From Podarcis melisellensis (Eukaryota): a stretch of DNA of 64,000 nucleotides. Positions 1 to 12,300 of this stretch are shown piece by piece. Each line of letters opens with the position of its first letter. Positions within the stretch are counted from its first letter, which is position 1. The position numbers were made by a program, and so were the translations under genes. The notes beneath the pieces were generated by a model. That model saw nothing but the letters and a program-made list of their open reading frames with translations, was not told where the DNA came from and made no database searches. The stretch is taken from the NCBI GenBank assembly GCA_964234715.1, contig OZ174276.1. One strand, written 5' to 3'.

Positions 1-652
1 CAGTAACAATTTTCCTGGCGTAACTGTGGGAAAAGTCCCTCTATTTCTATGGGATCCATTGACAGGCACAATCCCAAAACAGTTGCATGGACAAATTGAT
101 TCAATTTAACCTCTCCAAATGCAATATCTCTCACAATTCTCTCTGGTTTAGATAGAAATGGTTCTACATCCAATGCACAAAGTGATCCACAACAGTGTCT
201 ATGGCAGCTGCATATCAGCATATACCCAGCAGATGCATCCCAATTGCTAATCTGCCAGTATTGCTCAAATCCCCAGAATGCAATGAAATCCAAACAGAAA
301 CCTAGCCATGTTTTTGAATGAGTTTCCAATAGCCACTGCAAAATGTGAGAACTGAAGCATTTGGTGGGGGGTGGGTTTAGAGAATAGTAAACCACCCACA
401 AGGCACCATATGAAAAACTATTTAGAGGACTAATGACAGATACTCGGAAAGTTTCCTCTACTATTAAAGTGTCACTGAATTCAGCCATTCGCTGCTATTG
501 TGACAGGAGCCGATGAGCAGCTGTCAAGGCTGCCACACAGCTCTCTGGAAGGAAGAAAAAGTCAGTCGTGCAAGAAATGGTACAAAGGAAGACAGGGGAA
601 GAATGAGGCTTTCTGCCACCCCCTGCGCATTAGTGTTGAGGGATTATATGTA

Positions 653-2008
653 GGGTGAGGCATGGGGCACATTGATACACCAGCAACATTTCAATTTTGA
701 GAAATGTCATTCGTATCGTGACATCATTAAAATGTGTCTATACATGTGCGAATACAACACGCTGCCCGCCAGTTAGCTGTTGGCGTTTGATGAGAGTAGG
801 TGTGTTTTTAGTGCAGCCAACTAGAAAAGTACGTGAAATGTAAAAGTGTTCCAACGCTGTTTTATGTCATTTAGTTAAGATTTAAAAATACCAAATACTG
901 AGTTATTCCACTCAGTAATCAGGATTACACGTGATTTTTAAATAAGTTCAGTCGTTTTATTAATAAGCGTTAGTTTTTTGAAAATGTCCTTTGGGGTACT
1001 TTAATACACTAAGACACAGGACACATTGATATGTATAAAAGTGCCACGCTAGTGTACAATAGTGCCCCAATATACAAGTTTGCATGAAATCTCTAAACTA
1101 GTTATTCTGTTTTCCAAAAGATGAGGATATAAATTTTGATGTTCCCAATCCTGAAAATATAAATGTTGGAGATTTCCTACTCATTAAATTTGAAAAGAAA
1201 GAAAACTGTTGTTTACTACGAAGCCAAAGTCATTTCTAAATATAATATGACCGATTTTCAAATGTCGTATCTCAGGGAAAAACCAAGATCTTGTATGTTT
1301 GTCTTCCCCATTGTAGAAGATAAGGCAAGCGCTGATTTCAAGGATGTTGTTTTGCAGTTGCCAAAACTGAATTTCTCAAAGGGCACATCTCAAACATCAT
1401 CTCTTTGTACTTTTTCTATTGACTTCAGTGGATATAATGTGCAATAGAAGCTAAACATTAAGTAATTATCTTATTTCTTATAAGAATTTTGTTTAAATTA
1501 CTATTTTTTATGATCTAATGTGAGTTCTTATACTTTTTAAAGTTTTTTCAAAGTTGTTTTTTTAAATGGAGAAGTATTTGAGGAAAGATTAATACAAGTT
1601 TTGATGTTTTGTTAAGAAAACCACAAAGTCTATGATATATGTGAAACACTGTTGGTTTTGATACGTTATTTAGATTTTAAGTAACAAATTGTAAGGCTGA
1701 TTATGACCTCTCACAATAAAAACTGTTTTTTCATTAAATTTTTGTAAATAGTTACCATTCTCATAAAATTTACGCTTTGTATCAAAGTGCCCCATCCAAT
1801 GTATCAAAGTGCCCCGTAGGTGGGGCAGAATGATACAAAACCCATTTTTTTACTCAAGTAAAATCTTCTAACTACAATGGTTCTTTTGATTGCTATTATA
1901 ATATTGATTAGTTATGCCATGCATAAAGCAAAAAATATATTTGACTCGTTTTTTGTTACATAAAATATGATATTGATTTTTTCTGCATCAATATGCACCA
2001 CCTCACCC
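653..2008 (+). mobile_element. Internally deleted pogo-type (Tc1/mariner-pogo) DNA transposon
   Basis: TA flanks at 651-652 and 2009-2010; imperfect TIRs GGGTGAGG..TGGGGCACATTGATAC / GCATCAATATGCACCACCTCACCC; about 8 copies of a GTATCAAAGTGCCCC-like motif; transposase C-terminal remnant inside. Confidence 0.8.
1120..1447 (+). pseudogene. Frameshifted C-terminal fragment of a pogo-type transposase
   Basis: DEDINFDVPNPENINVGDFLLIKFEKK, then a frameshift, then KTVVYYEAKVISKY...YLREK...FVFPIVEDKAS...VVLQLP...YNVQ*; resembles the C-terminal module of pogo-like DDE transposases (recognised from memory). Confidence 0.65.
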
Positions 2009-2099
2009 TAAGAGGACATTGTTCAGGACTAAGAGGCACGGGTCAACATAAACGTTCCATGAATGTTCACTTTATGTTGGGCCTAATCTTTTTTTATAA

Positions 2100-2820
2100 T
2101 GCTGGGACAGGTGTAGAAAAGGGCAATCAAAGTGATTAAGGGCCTAGAGAAATTCACACCAAATATTACAATGTATAGAGCTTCTCAGTTTACCAGGAGC
2201 AAGGTGTTGAGAAAATGGATAGAGAGAAGTCCTCCCTACCCCCTCTTTCATTAATACAGTGGTACCTCGGGTTAAGAACTTAATTCGTTCTGGAGGTCTT
2301 TTCTTAACCAGGAACTGTTCTTAACCTGAGGTACCACTTTAGCTAATGGGGCCTCCCGCTGCCGCCGTGCGATTTCTGTTCTCATCCTGAAGCAAAGTTA
2401 TTAACCTGAGGTACTATTTCTGCGTTAGTGGAGTCTGTAACCTGAAGCATCTGTAACCCAAGGTACCACTGTACTAGAACTGGGCTCATCCAATGAAGCT
2501 AAATTACATTTTTCCTATTTATAGACCACTTAACCACCTGGAGATTCCAAGGTGAATAGTGGGAGATTTGGAACAGGCAGAATTTTCTGCTAAAGGATGT
2601 GGTGACAGCCATCCAACTTCAAAAGTGGATGAGACAAGTTCACGGAGGGTTATCAATGGTTACTAGTAACTATGGCTAATATTCTACCTCAGCATGCCTC
2701 TGAATACCAGTTGCTGGGAACAGCAGTATGAGAAGGCTAATGTCTCCCTGGGCTGGTTGTCGGTTTCCCACAAGCATATGGTTGCCCACTATAGGAAACA
2801 GAATGCTCAACTTGATAGGC
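2100..2820 (+). mobile_element. CR1 LINE 3' fragment, interrupted by a MITE
   Basis: CR1-like ORF2 end and 3'UTR motifs (agggcaatcaaagtgattaagggcctagag; catccaatgaagct; ctctgaataccagttgctggg); boundaries approximate. Confidence 0.7.
2257..2471. mobile_element. Tc1/mariner-pogo MITE family A, copy 1
   Basis: TA TSD; TIR CAGTGGTACCTCGGGTTA / TAACCCAAGGTACCACTG; closely similar copy at 42009. Confidence 0.9.
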
Positions 2821-3232
2821 AGCAGTACATGTCTCAGTCATGGGGACTGGGGCAATCGCAGGAAACATGCACACAGTCTGCATGGAGGGGAAATGTATCA
2901 AATTGTTCCTGTTTTCCAGGGACTTTCCCATACTCCAGCATTACTAAATGAGTACTAGAGACGAGCAGGAAGCTCCCGCACCCCCACACTTTTAGGGAAA
3001 TGAGAAAAGACCGAAGCAACGGACTCACTGCTTTTGTAAGGTTCACTGCCGTAAAGTTAACCACAGAGAAACACTATCAGAAGACACCACCGTTTTCAAA
3101 CTCATGTTAGTGTTCTAGTCTGATGCACAAATGCTGTTCCGCTTCACAGGTGGAGCAAATAGTAAATAGTAGAACAAAATATGTTTGTGTGGGTGTGGGT
3201 GTGGGTGTAAATGATTCTTCTTGGTTTCTTAC

Positions 3233-3361
3233 CTGCAGAGTTGTGCTTTGATCTGAGAATGGGGAACTGAAGAAAGTGGTAACTATACTCATCACAATTT
3301 CAGTCACATACTTCTCTAATACAGAATCTGCATGCTTCCTGTCACTGGTGTTGTTGCAAGT
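3233..3361 (-). CDS. ITPR1: ITPR1 exon w31 (129 nt) [43 protein letters not shown]
   Basis: cag|ACT...CAG|gtaaga. Confidence 0.97.
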
Positions 3362-6300
3362 CTGGAAAACAATTCACATTCAAACAAAACAGAATAAAAA
3401 CAAAAACAAAACCCTATACAATAATGATAATTCCCCGACAAATGCAAGCTAATATCACTGCGATATGCACTTTCTGAAATACCACAGACTGTACTAGACA
3501 TAAACTTAAGTGATACATCATTCCTGATAGTAACAAGTGATACTAGGACTATAGTAAAAAATGTGCCACTGACAAATGTGAGATATCTCAATTCTCAAGG
3601 GAACTTCAAGGTTTGCAAAAAGAAGAGGGGGAACCTGAGGCAGCAAAAGAAAACAGCCCGTTGAGGACAGAGCGTGTTCTGTGGTCATGGAATAGAAAGT
3701 GAAATTGGATTGTGAGGGTGGGAGAGAATAGAATGCTCTCTACTTAAAGGGAGTGGCCAGCTGAAGATCCAAACAGAAACGCTCATTTTAGGAGGGAGAA
3801 TAAACTCTGCAACATTTTGTTGTATGCAGCATTTGTACAACACTGTAGCAACATGAACTAAGGAAGAAGTTCCCACAAATTCTAACGAAGAGACAACGAG
3901 TCAAGAGAACAGAAAATTTTCCCCCACCTAATTTCAATACTTTATTTTGTTACAGCTAGAAGCAACCCAAGAGTGAGAAGGACTAAAGTGCTAGGAACAT
4001 TGACTGTGTGAAGAGCCTTCAAGGCATGCACAGATGTGCTCTGTACATATAATTAGCTTTGGCCATGCATCATCATTATCATTGAATCCTATAGCCATGG
4101 ATGAATGAAAATGTATGAAACTAAGGCAATGGATATTACTTTCATGAGTGTTAACTATATGATGTGATGTGATTAGCAGTCAGTTATGGGTGCTTTGTGT
4201 CACTCAGCTTTTTTAATATTTCCAAATATAGAAAACACTTACCCTACAGATGTCAACGAGGAAATTCTCAAAGAGCTTCCACATGTGATTGCTTGTATAA
4301 ATCTCTTTCATTTCAACTTCTGTGTCTACATAGCAATGATTTAGGAAATTTATATAGGCAATTTTAACCTGCAGACAGGAAAACACAGGCGATGAGAAAA
4401 CCTTAGTAATGACTTGTCATCAAATTATCTCTAATAATAAAGTTAATTGTTCTCCTGATAACAAGAATAATCTGCAGTGAACAGGATTTCACCCTGCTTC
4501 TGTAGCCCCCCCCCCCCAGTATTATAGGGATACTGACAACCACAGTGAGGTTAATGTGGCAAAACGATTGTTTTATAGGTAGGTTTTGAATTTATTATAA
4601 AGTTCTATACTTAAAAGCTAACTTGGAATCCTTCTGCCGACTTACATAAGCCCCTCTTAGAAAACTTGTCAGGGAGCAGTAGGTCCTTAAATTTGAGTGA
4701 CAGATAAAAGTGACCAGAGAGTTATTTGGATGAGACCTCTGAATGAGAGAGGAAGGGGAAGAAAGGACAATGGACAGAACCTCACCTCAGGTATGCAGTC
4801 CTCATGGGTCACCACCCTAACAATGTCATCCAAAGGGAGGAGAGAATTGCACTTGATTTCTGTGTAGACATTTTTGCCCTCAGTGCAAACAGCCAACAGC
4901 TCAACTAAATGGATATGATACATTAGAGCACTGTTTTCATCCATCCTGTCCCGTTCTGATCTCATCATCTGCACTAGTGTCTGAAAAGAGGCCCTGTCAT
5001 TGTAGAAAACAAGGACATCTTCTCCCGCGTTGACAAGCTGGCAAAAGAATAGCATTATTGTCCCATTAAACTTAAAAAACAGAGAAAATGTAAAGTAATC
5101 AAGTTTTCATATGCACCAACATGCATGCTATCTCTGTCTGAAGATTAATGATTTCTACAGCTCTATCAGTGTACAAAGCACTTTACGATGTTTTTTTGAT
5201 CGCTTATTTATTTATTTCCTAAATTTATAAGCCACCACTAAAGCACCAGACTGGTGCAAGCTACAAACTTTCAAAACATACACAGCTACAATGTACACAA
5301 TTTTAACAAAAGTGAAATTGCGGAAGCAGCAGTCCATAACCTGATTGAGGGTAAACAGAAAAGAACCAGCTAGTTAATATAATGAAATGATGGATTAAAT
5401 CAAAAAGTCTTTCATTTCGCTGCCGGACATTGGTGATGGTGACATGCAAATTTCTTTAATAAGAGACTTCCTAATAAAATGTTCCTGGTTAGCTAACCAT
5501 TTTGTTTTGTTTTGTTTTAAAAAAACTGTGCTTCATGTGTTATTGCATACATATTACTGTACACTGCTCAGATATTTCCTGAGTTAGCAATAAATACATC
5601 CTCCCCACCTATGTGCAAACGGCAACACCAGAAAATAAAGAATTCAAGTCCAACTTTGTTGGAGACAGCCAATGCAATTAATCTGAAGTTTCATAATGCT
5701 GACACCTAGGCAGCAGTGCCTGTGCACTCTTTGCATGGATTTTCCTCAGGCTGATTTTATGCTCACAAATATGTATACACAGCCTTCTCACCTCAGCCAT
5801 GACCATATCCTGGCACTTCTTAATGAACTTTCCTTCGGCCTTAACAATTGTCTGCAGGAACTTAATGTACTGGACATTCCGTCCATGAGTTTCAATACAG
5901 TGCACAAAGTGTTGAACCACCCGCTCATTAATCTCGCTGCATAGCTGGAAGTTATTCATGAAGATATGTTGCATCGTTACAGCCTCCAGGATCTATTAAA
6001 AGGGACAGTAGTAGAGAAAAAACGTGAATCCTGACAAAGTCAATACTACAACATTTGGAAGCTTTTAGGGAATGCATATTAGAGCAGAACAGTAGATTTA
6101 GTGCTAACAGACAAACTTCCGAAAGCAAGCTGATGGAAGGCGAGTTTGGTCAGAGAGGATTCAGAAATCAGGCATTCTGAACATATTGACACAGAAGTAT
6201 TTAGAGGCTATTTTCCTTAGTCCCTGAACTGCTTGAACTCTCTTTTTCCTTAGGAAAACCCCCCACAATAGGCGTACACCATGCCAAAAGCAACTTAGCA

Positions 6301-9300
6301 GCAATGTATTGTGGCCTTCCAGGTACACTACAACTTTCCCTGTTTTTTGCAGTTCCAGCAAACCAGTAGAAAGAAGAAGAAAAAGGCAGGCTGCACTGTA
6401 AGCTGTAGTGCATAAGGAGCATAAGTTGTGCAGGCCTGGTGTACACAATGCAAGACATCTCATTCCTTCCAACTTATTATGTATTTCCTCCCCCACCCCT
6501 CCATATACAGAAGCACAATCTCGCTACAACACTGGGGAAAGGACACTGTCCTCCATGCACCTGAGATCAGCAGAAATAGTTTAGGGGTTAAAGAACAGCC
6601 TTGCTGCCTGAGATGACTGTCCCACTCTGTCTAATGAATGATAGTCCTGCTGAAAATCTGGAAAACTCATGAAAAGACTGTAAAGTGCCGAAATGCCATA
6701 GCTGTGGTGATGGGCTTGTAAGAAATTAAAGCAGCTTGGAAAACGAGATGCAGCCCCCAGGAGAGCTTTTGGAGAACACAGGGGTGGCAGTAAGCAGGGC
6801 AGGGGGTGTGGTGTGGGAAGCTACTTTGCAAAAGAGGATTTCCACACTCAAGTAACTCTGCTTACAGCCCCCAATCAGGAAAAGGTTTGCATTCTTTTCT
6901 ATATTTTTAATTTAGCTTCTTACCCCAGGGTTGAGAAACAGATTTATATGCTTGTGGAGCAATGCTTGGTTCTGTTGGTTGCCAGCACAGAAGTTCTGCA
7001 GGAACGCATGGGCGAGCTTCATGATCTCCTGCATTCTTGTATCTTCAGCCTGGAAATATAAGGCACAAGTGCTCCAGAATAAATTAAAGTTAAATTGATT
7101 TACGAGGTACTTAAGCAAACTGACCTGTCTGCTCAGTTCTAATTTCAAAATACCAGTATTCCCATTCTCTTTTTAAAGCATGCTGCAAACTGGGATAAAT
7201 TGGGGGGGCTGGGGGAGAGAGAGATTAAGTTTTTTAAGGCTTTGTAATGTTTAAATGGGGTTGCGGGTAGCACTGTGGTCTAAACCACTGAGCCTAGGGC
7301 TTGCTGATCAGAAGGTCGGCGGTTTGAATCCCCACGAAGGAGTGAGCTTCCGTTGCTCGGTCCCAGCTCCTACCCACCTAGCAGTTCAAAAGCACGTCAA
7401 AGTGCAAGTAGATAAATAGGTACTGCTCTGGTGGGAAAGTAAATGGCGTTTCGGTGCGCTATTCTGGTTTCGCCAGAAACAGCTTAGTCATGCTGGCCAC
7501 ATGACCTGGAAAAACTGTCTGCGGACAAACGTCGGTTCCCACGGTCAGTAAAGCGAGATGAGCGCCGCAACCCCAGAGTCATTCACAACTGGACTTAACT
7601 GTCAGAGATCCTTTACCTTTACATCTCAAGCAGTGTGTCAGATTAGGATTAGGATCTATAACAATATGCCTTGAAATATTAGCCAGAACTAGTTGCATCA
7701 TTTTTATTTTTCTGCTTCTTAACTAAAATACTTGTAGGGCTGCTATGTTTGCTTCCCTCCTGTTTTACCCCCCCCCCCCAAAAAAAAATATGAGTCCAGA
7801 CTCCTTGCCTAAGGAGGCACAAATCTCCTTCCTTCTCATTTTCTCCAGCACAATGTTTTTTTTTTTTTGCATGGACTAGAGGACTTCGAAGACTAAAAAT
7901 GGAATACATATGCTCCCCCCCCCCCAATTCTGAACCACAGCAACAAGTGCCTCCATTATCTTCATCTGACTGACCATTCTGGAAGCAGATACAGCATATT
8001 GCGCTTTTATAAGGACATTTAAAGCAGGTAAATCAACTTGTTGCTGTGATTTAGAATAATGACCACTGTGTGAACTATACAGCTTCAATTTGTCTTTCCA
8101 CAATAAAAAGGTTTGGAAAGTCCTCAGCTGACTTATGAAGAATTTGTACAAGAGAAACTCAGAAACCTTGGGGGCACCTTTGTAATGTTATGCCTAGAGC
8201 CTCCTTGAGACAGCCAGGAAAGACTATATAAACCTTAGTTCCTAATTTGTTCGTCCTTGCAATAATTAATGTATGAAACTGCTTCAATAAACCCAAAACA
8301 AATGAATTATTCCTTAAGACATGAATATTTAGCAACCGCTCCTTTGATGTTCAATGCGACTTGTAAGAGACAACTTTTAGGAAGATCTAAAGACACTTTA
8401 GTGGTTTGTTGATGGATTGTAAAGTAACTGATGCATGCAAACCTCACTTTCTCATACGGGATCTGTAAGAGCTCCAGGACCACAGTGTGAGCTCCCATGT
8501 TTCGGAGCAACCTCTGTTGCTGCTTCCGGCTTTTCCTGACCAGGATGCTTTCTTGTACACAAAGCTTGCTAAGTCGAAGCAAAATCTGCAGAAACACATT
8601 TCTTTTAGAGCCAGATGACATACTAATGTTTCCCCCCCCCCCCCCCAGACAGGCTGGAGGAAAAGCTCGCTTTCAATAGATCACAGAATAACATTAAACA
8701 AGCAGAATGAAATTAAGGAGATAAAGACAAAAATGTGTACACCATATTGCATGCAACTGACACAGCAATTACGTTTGGATGACATGTATTGCATCATGCG
8801 TGTACAGGAAACTGGCACTGGCTAAGGTATCTTGGCTTTCCTTTACCAAGGAAATGAGTGTCAGCCTTTAAGTGCTACAATGACAAGTCTTATGGTGCCT
8901 TCTAGATGTTTCAGACTACGACTCCTGTTGGCCATGCTGACTGGAGTTAATGGGAGATTCAATTCAAAACACTTGTAGGTGGAGGGGGGGGGAGAGGCTG
9001 GTTTAGACAACGCCAGGCAAAACTCCCATGTCAGTAAGTATTATTTCCATTATATAGGGATCAAGCCTTCTTTGCATCACACAACTTCCTTGCCCTTTCC
9101 AAAAGGACCAAAAGAAACAGAATGCTGTGGACAAAGTTGATTCTTTTGCCTAATTTATACCTCATGTAGCTTTTCTTTCATTCACACACGACCCTGAATA
9201 TAACCCTAGAATTAATGTTAAGACTGAAAGACTGTCCGTGGAAATTATACAACAATGTTGCATAAGGTTCTTCTTACTTTCCTTCTAAAAACCAGTGGTA

Positions 9301-12300
9301 AACCTGTGTAGATTATTTTAAAGCTCGCACTTTGAGTACATTTTAGTGCATGCATTATATAAATCATTAACACGTACATTAACTGTCTGTACCTCATTAG
9401 TGTAGTCCATAGCACTATGAGATTTTAATGATTTCGTTAAATCAAGTTATTATACATACTATACACCCAGGTGCTGTGATCCAACAACTCATTTGGCATA
9501 CAAAGGCTCCAGTATACGCACAGAGCTCTTTGTGTGCAGAGGCCTATTATCTTCTAGGAGGCAAGGAATATTCTATATTCAGACAGGTAAAGGTGCATGG
9601 TATATATTCATAGCATTCCTCAACTCATAGAAAAGAAGAAGAAGAAGGCAAAAGTAATGGGCAGCTGGGAAAGGATGAGTCTTACCTCTTTGACCACCCT
9701 GTAATTATAGCTACTAGTGCTTTCGGGTTTCCGCGATTTGCTGTGGCCTTCCTAGGGGACAAGCAAGATTTATTAATTTATTACATTCCCCTCCCGCCCA
9801 CCCCCAATTCTGGTGATCATTAGTACAAATTCTAGCAGCTATTTCACACCAAAAAATCTCCAGAAGTTTTAAAACTTCTACCAACCTTTCTCCCTTCACC
9901 AATATTCAGTTTTAACACAAACTTAACAGCGGTATTGTCGGAACATGCCTGGGGGGCACATGCAGCCCCCGGAATGAGACAGGCCTCTCCGGGCATCTTC
10001 CTGATGAAGCGCAGCCCGGGACATTCACAAATCAGTTCCGATGCACACAAGTGGCACATATCAAAAGACATGTGCACGCTCATTCAACAGAGTATAGCAG
10101 AAACCATTGTGGAGTGTGAGTGTAAGCACTCTAAGTGATTTATTAAGCAATATATACAGGACAAAGTAACTATGGCGTCCTCTCACTTCTTCTCCAAGAG
10201 AGAGAGAGAGAGAAAGGAAGTACAAAAGTACAGCACAGTGGAAGAGAGATAAGACTGACTTCCGTTCTCACACTTTCCAAGCCTAGAAAGTAAACACTGA
10301 CATGTGATGTAACAATCACACATCCAGCTACAGAGGAGTGAAATGCTAACAGGTATTTCTATAGTGAGTCTTCACAAATTATCAAGTCACACACCCGTGC
10401 TATTTACCTAAGGCCCCCTACCCAATTCATTTAAATGGATAAATCTTATAGCAGCACAATAATATAACTGCAGCATTCAAAAAAAATACTAGTTACATTA
10501 AAGGCACAATATGATTAGTGGTACTGCTTGCAAGTAAACAGTGAAGAGATATTACACATATGTACACTGTGTTATTGGTCTTTTATTCTAAATTTTAGTT
10601 TAATGTGAATAGCTATGGAAGAGGTGGTTGAGGCATAGGGACAGGGGACAGGGGACGGAGGTTAGAGAAGGCATATATAACATGATGAATGGAACAAAAA
10701 AGGAGACAATCCGATTTTAGGGTTAAAAGCAGCTGGGAAACAGACCAAGAAACCTCTTAGAGGAAATCTTCAGGATTCCCATGAATTAAAAATGAATAAA
10801 TATGTAAATGTAGCTTTAATAATATATTGCACAAACATGAACAACGATACAACTGGCCGGGAGCAGGGGGAATAAACATAAACTGTGGAAAGAGAAAACA
10901 GCAGCAACAACAACAAAGGTGTAAGAAGACGGTGAGAGGGGTGGGAGGAGAAGAGAGGGAAATCAAAATGTTAAAACTATGATTCTAGCATAACTTTGCT
11001 AAAGTCTTTTAGAACTTATGTTTAAAATATAATACTTTTAAGGTTGTGTACAACATTGAAATGTTATTCATGTTAATCAACCCAGTCAACCTTCACAAAA
11101 GCCATCTGAGTTAGTCAATGACATTGTTCTGGAGCATAGGCAGCACACAAAATGAAGACTGCAAGAAAGCAATTTGCCCCAAAGCCACCATTACTTTATA
11201 TAGCTTCAGGCTGAGATGAAATTTGAACTCTCCTGCTCTTGACCACTACGTTACGCCGACAATGCAACGAAGAAAAGCTATTCTTACCTCCTTTTTCTTA
11301 TGTTCATTCTCTCCTGTCGTTACATCCATCGTTTCATCAGGTCCCTGGCCTTTGTACACCCAGAGTTCGGATTTTTCCACAATTGATCTCAACTGATCCA
11401 AATCTTGCTTTATCTGCTTGTAGTTGTCCACATCTTGGCTGGTGACAAGCAGTTGGACCTTACATGAATTGCAATCCATTAGTTGCATAACACCCTTGCA
11501 TCATCACACAAATTTAGAGTGAAAGTGTGGACGGTATAGAACACTACATTTACCTGTTTAAAGGCCTGAAGGACTTCTTGCCTCTGACTAAAGTGCCTAA
11601 AGAGTAGCTGAAGGGCTCCAGACACGAGAGGAGGATAGTCGTGCATTGTTAAATGGAGTAATACTCTAAGGAAAGTTCTGCCACCATGATCATCCAAATC
11701 CAGCGGTGTATTCTCTTCACTGAAAATAATAAAAATATATAGAGTAAAATTGGGGTGGGGGGTGGGGAGGAAATGGTTCCCTTTAAGAACTTCCAGGCAG
11801 CTTCCATAACTGTGTTAGTCTATCTGATGTTGGGAAAGGAACCAGAAACCACCACAAATTCAAATACGGTGGTACCTTGGTTTTCGAACGTCTCCGTTGA
11901 CAAACACACCTCGGAAGTCGAACAAGCCATGCAGCTTCCGCTGAGGCCTAGCTGTTGGCTATTGTGTTTTCGGCTTTCAAACGTTTCAGAACTCAAACAG
12001 TCTTCCGGAACGGATTATGTTCAAAAGCTGAGGTATCACTGTACAATGTAAGCTACCAGTGGCAATGGAGGAAGGGCACCCTTTTTCATATTAGAATCAT
12101 AAAACTGTGGAGATGGATGGGACCCAGAGGATCATCTAGTCCCATGGTTCCCAACATGAGGCACACGCCCCACAGGAGGGCAATTTGATAGCTTTTAAAG
12201 ATCAAGGTAATGGCCTTTTAGGCCTCCTCCATATGGAGTTCACTTTCTGAATAATAAAAATTATATGTCACCGGGGGGGTGGGGGAGGGGGGCATCAGGA

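Noticed and set aside
3023-3118. Donor-like CA|gtgagt at 3028 suggesting an extra exon
   Set aside because: No convincing pyrimidine tract or acceptor upstream; support too weak.
1-3232. Next ITPR1 exon (TRQPVFVQLLQ...)
   Set aside because: Not found; it must lie beyond the left edge of the window.
7257-7345. tRNA-like A/B boxes
   Set aside because: These are SINE heads, not tRNA genes; no complete cloverleaf.
10001-10110. CTGATGA on the plus strand as a hammerhead ribozyme core
   Set aside because: No stem II closing onto a nearby GAAA; the motif is simply the loop of a CTTC/GAAG hairpin.
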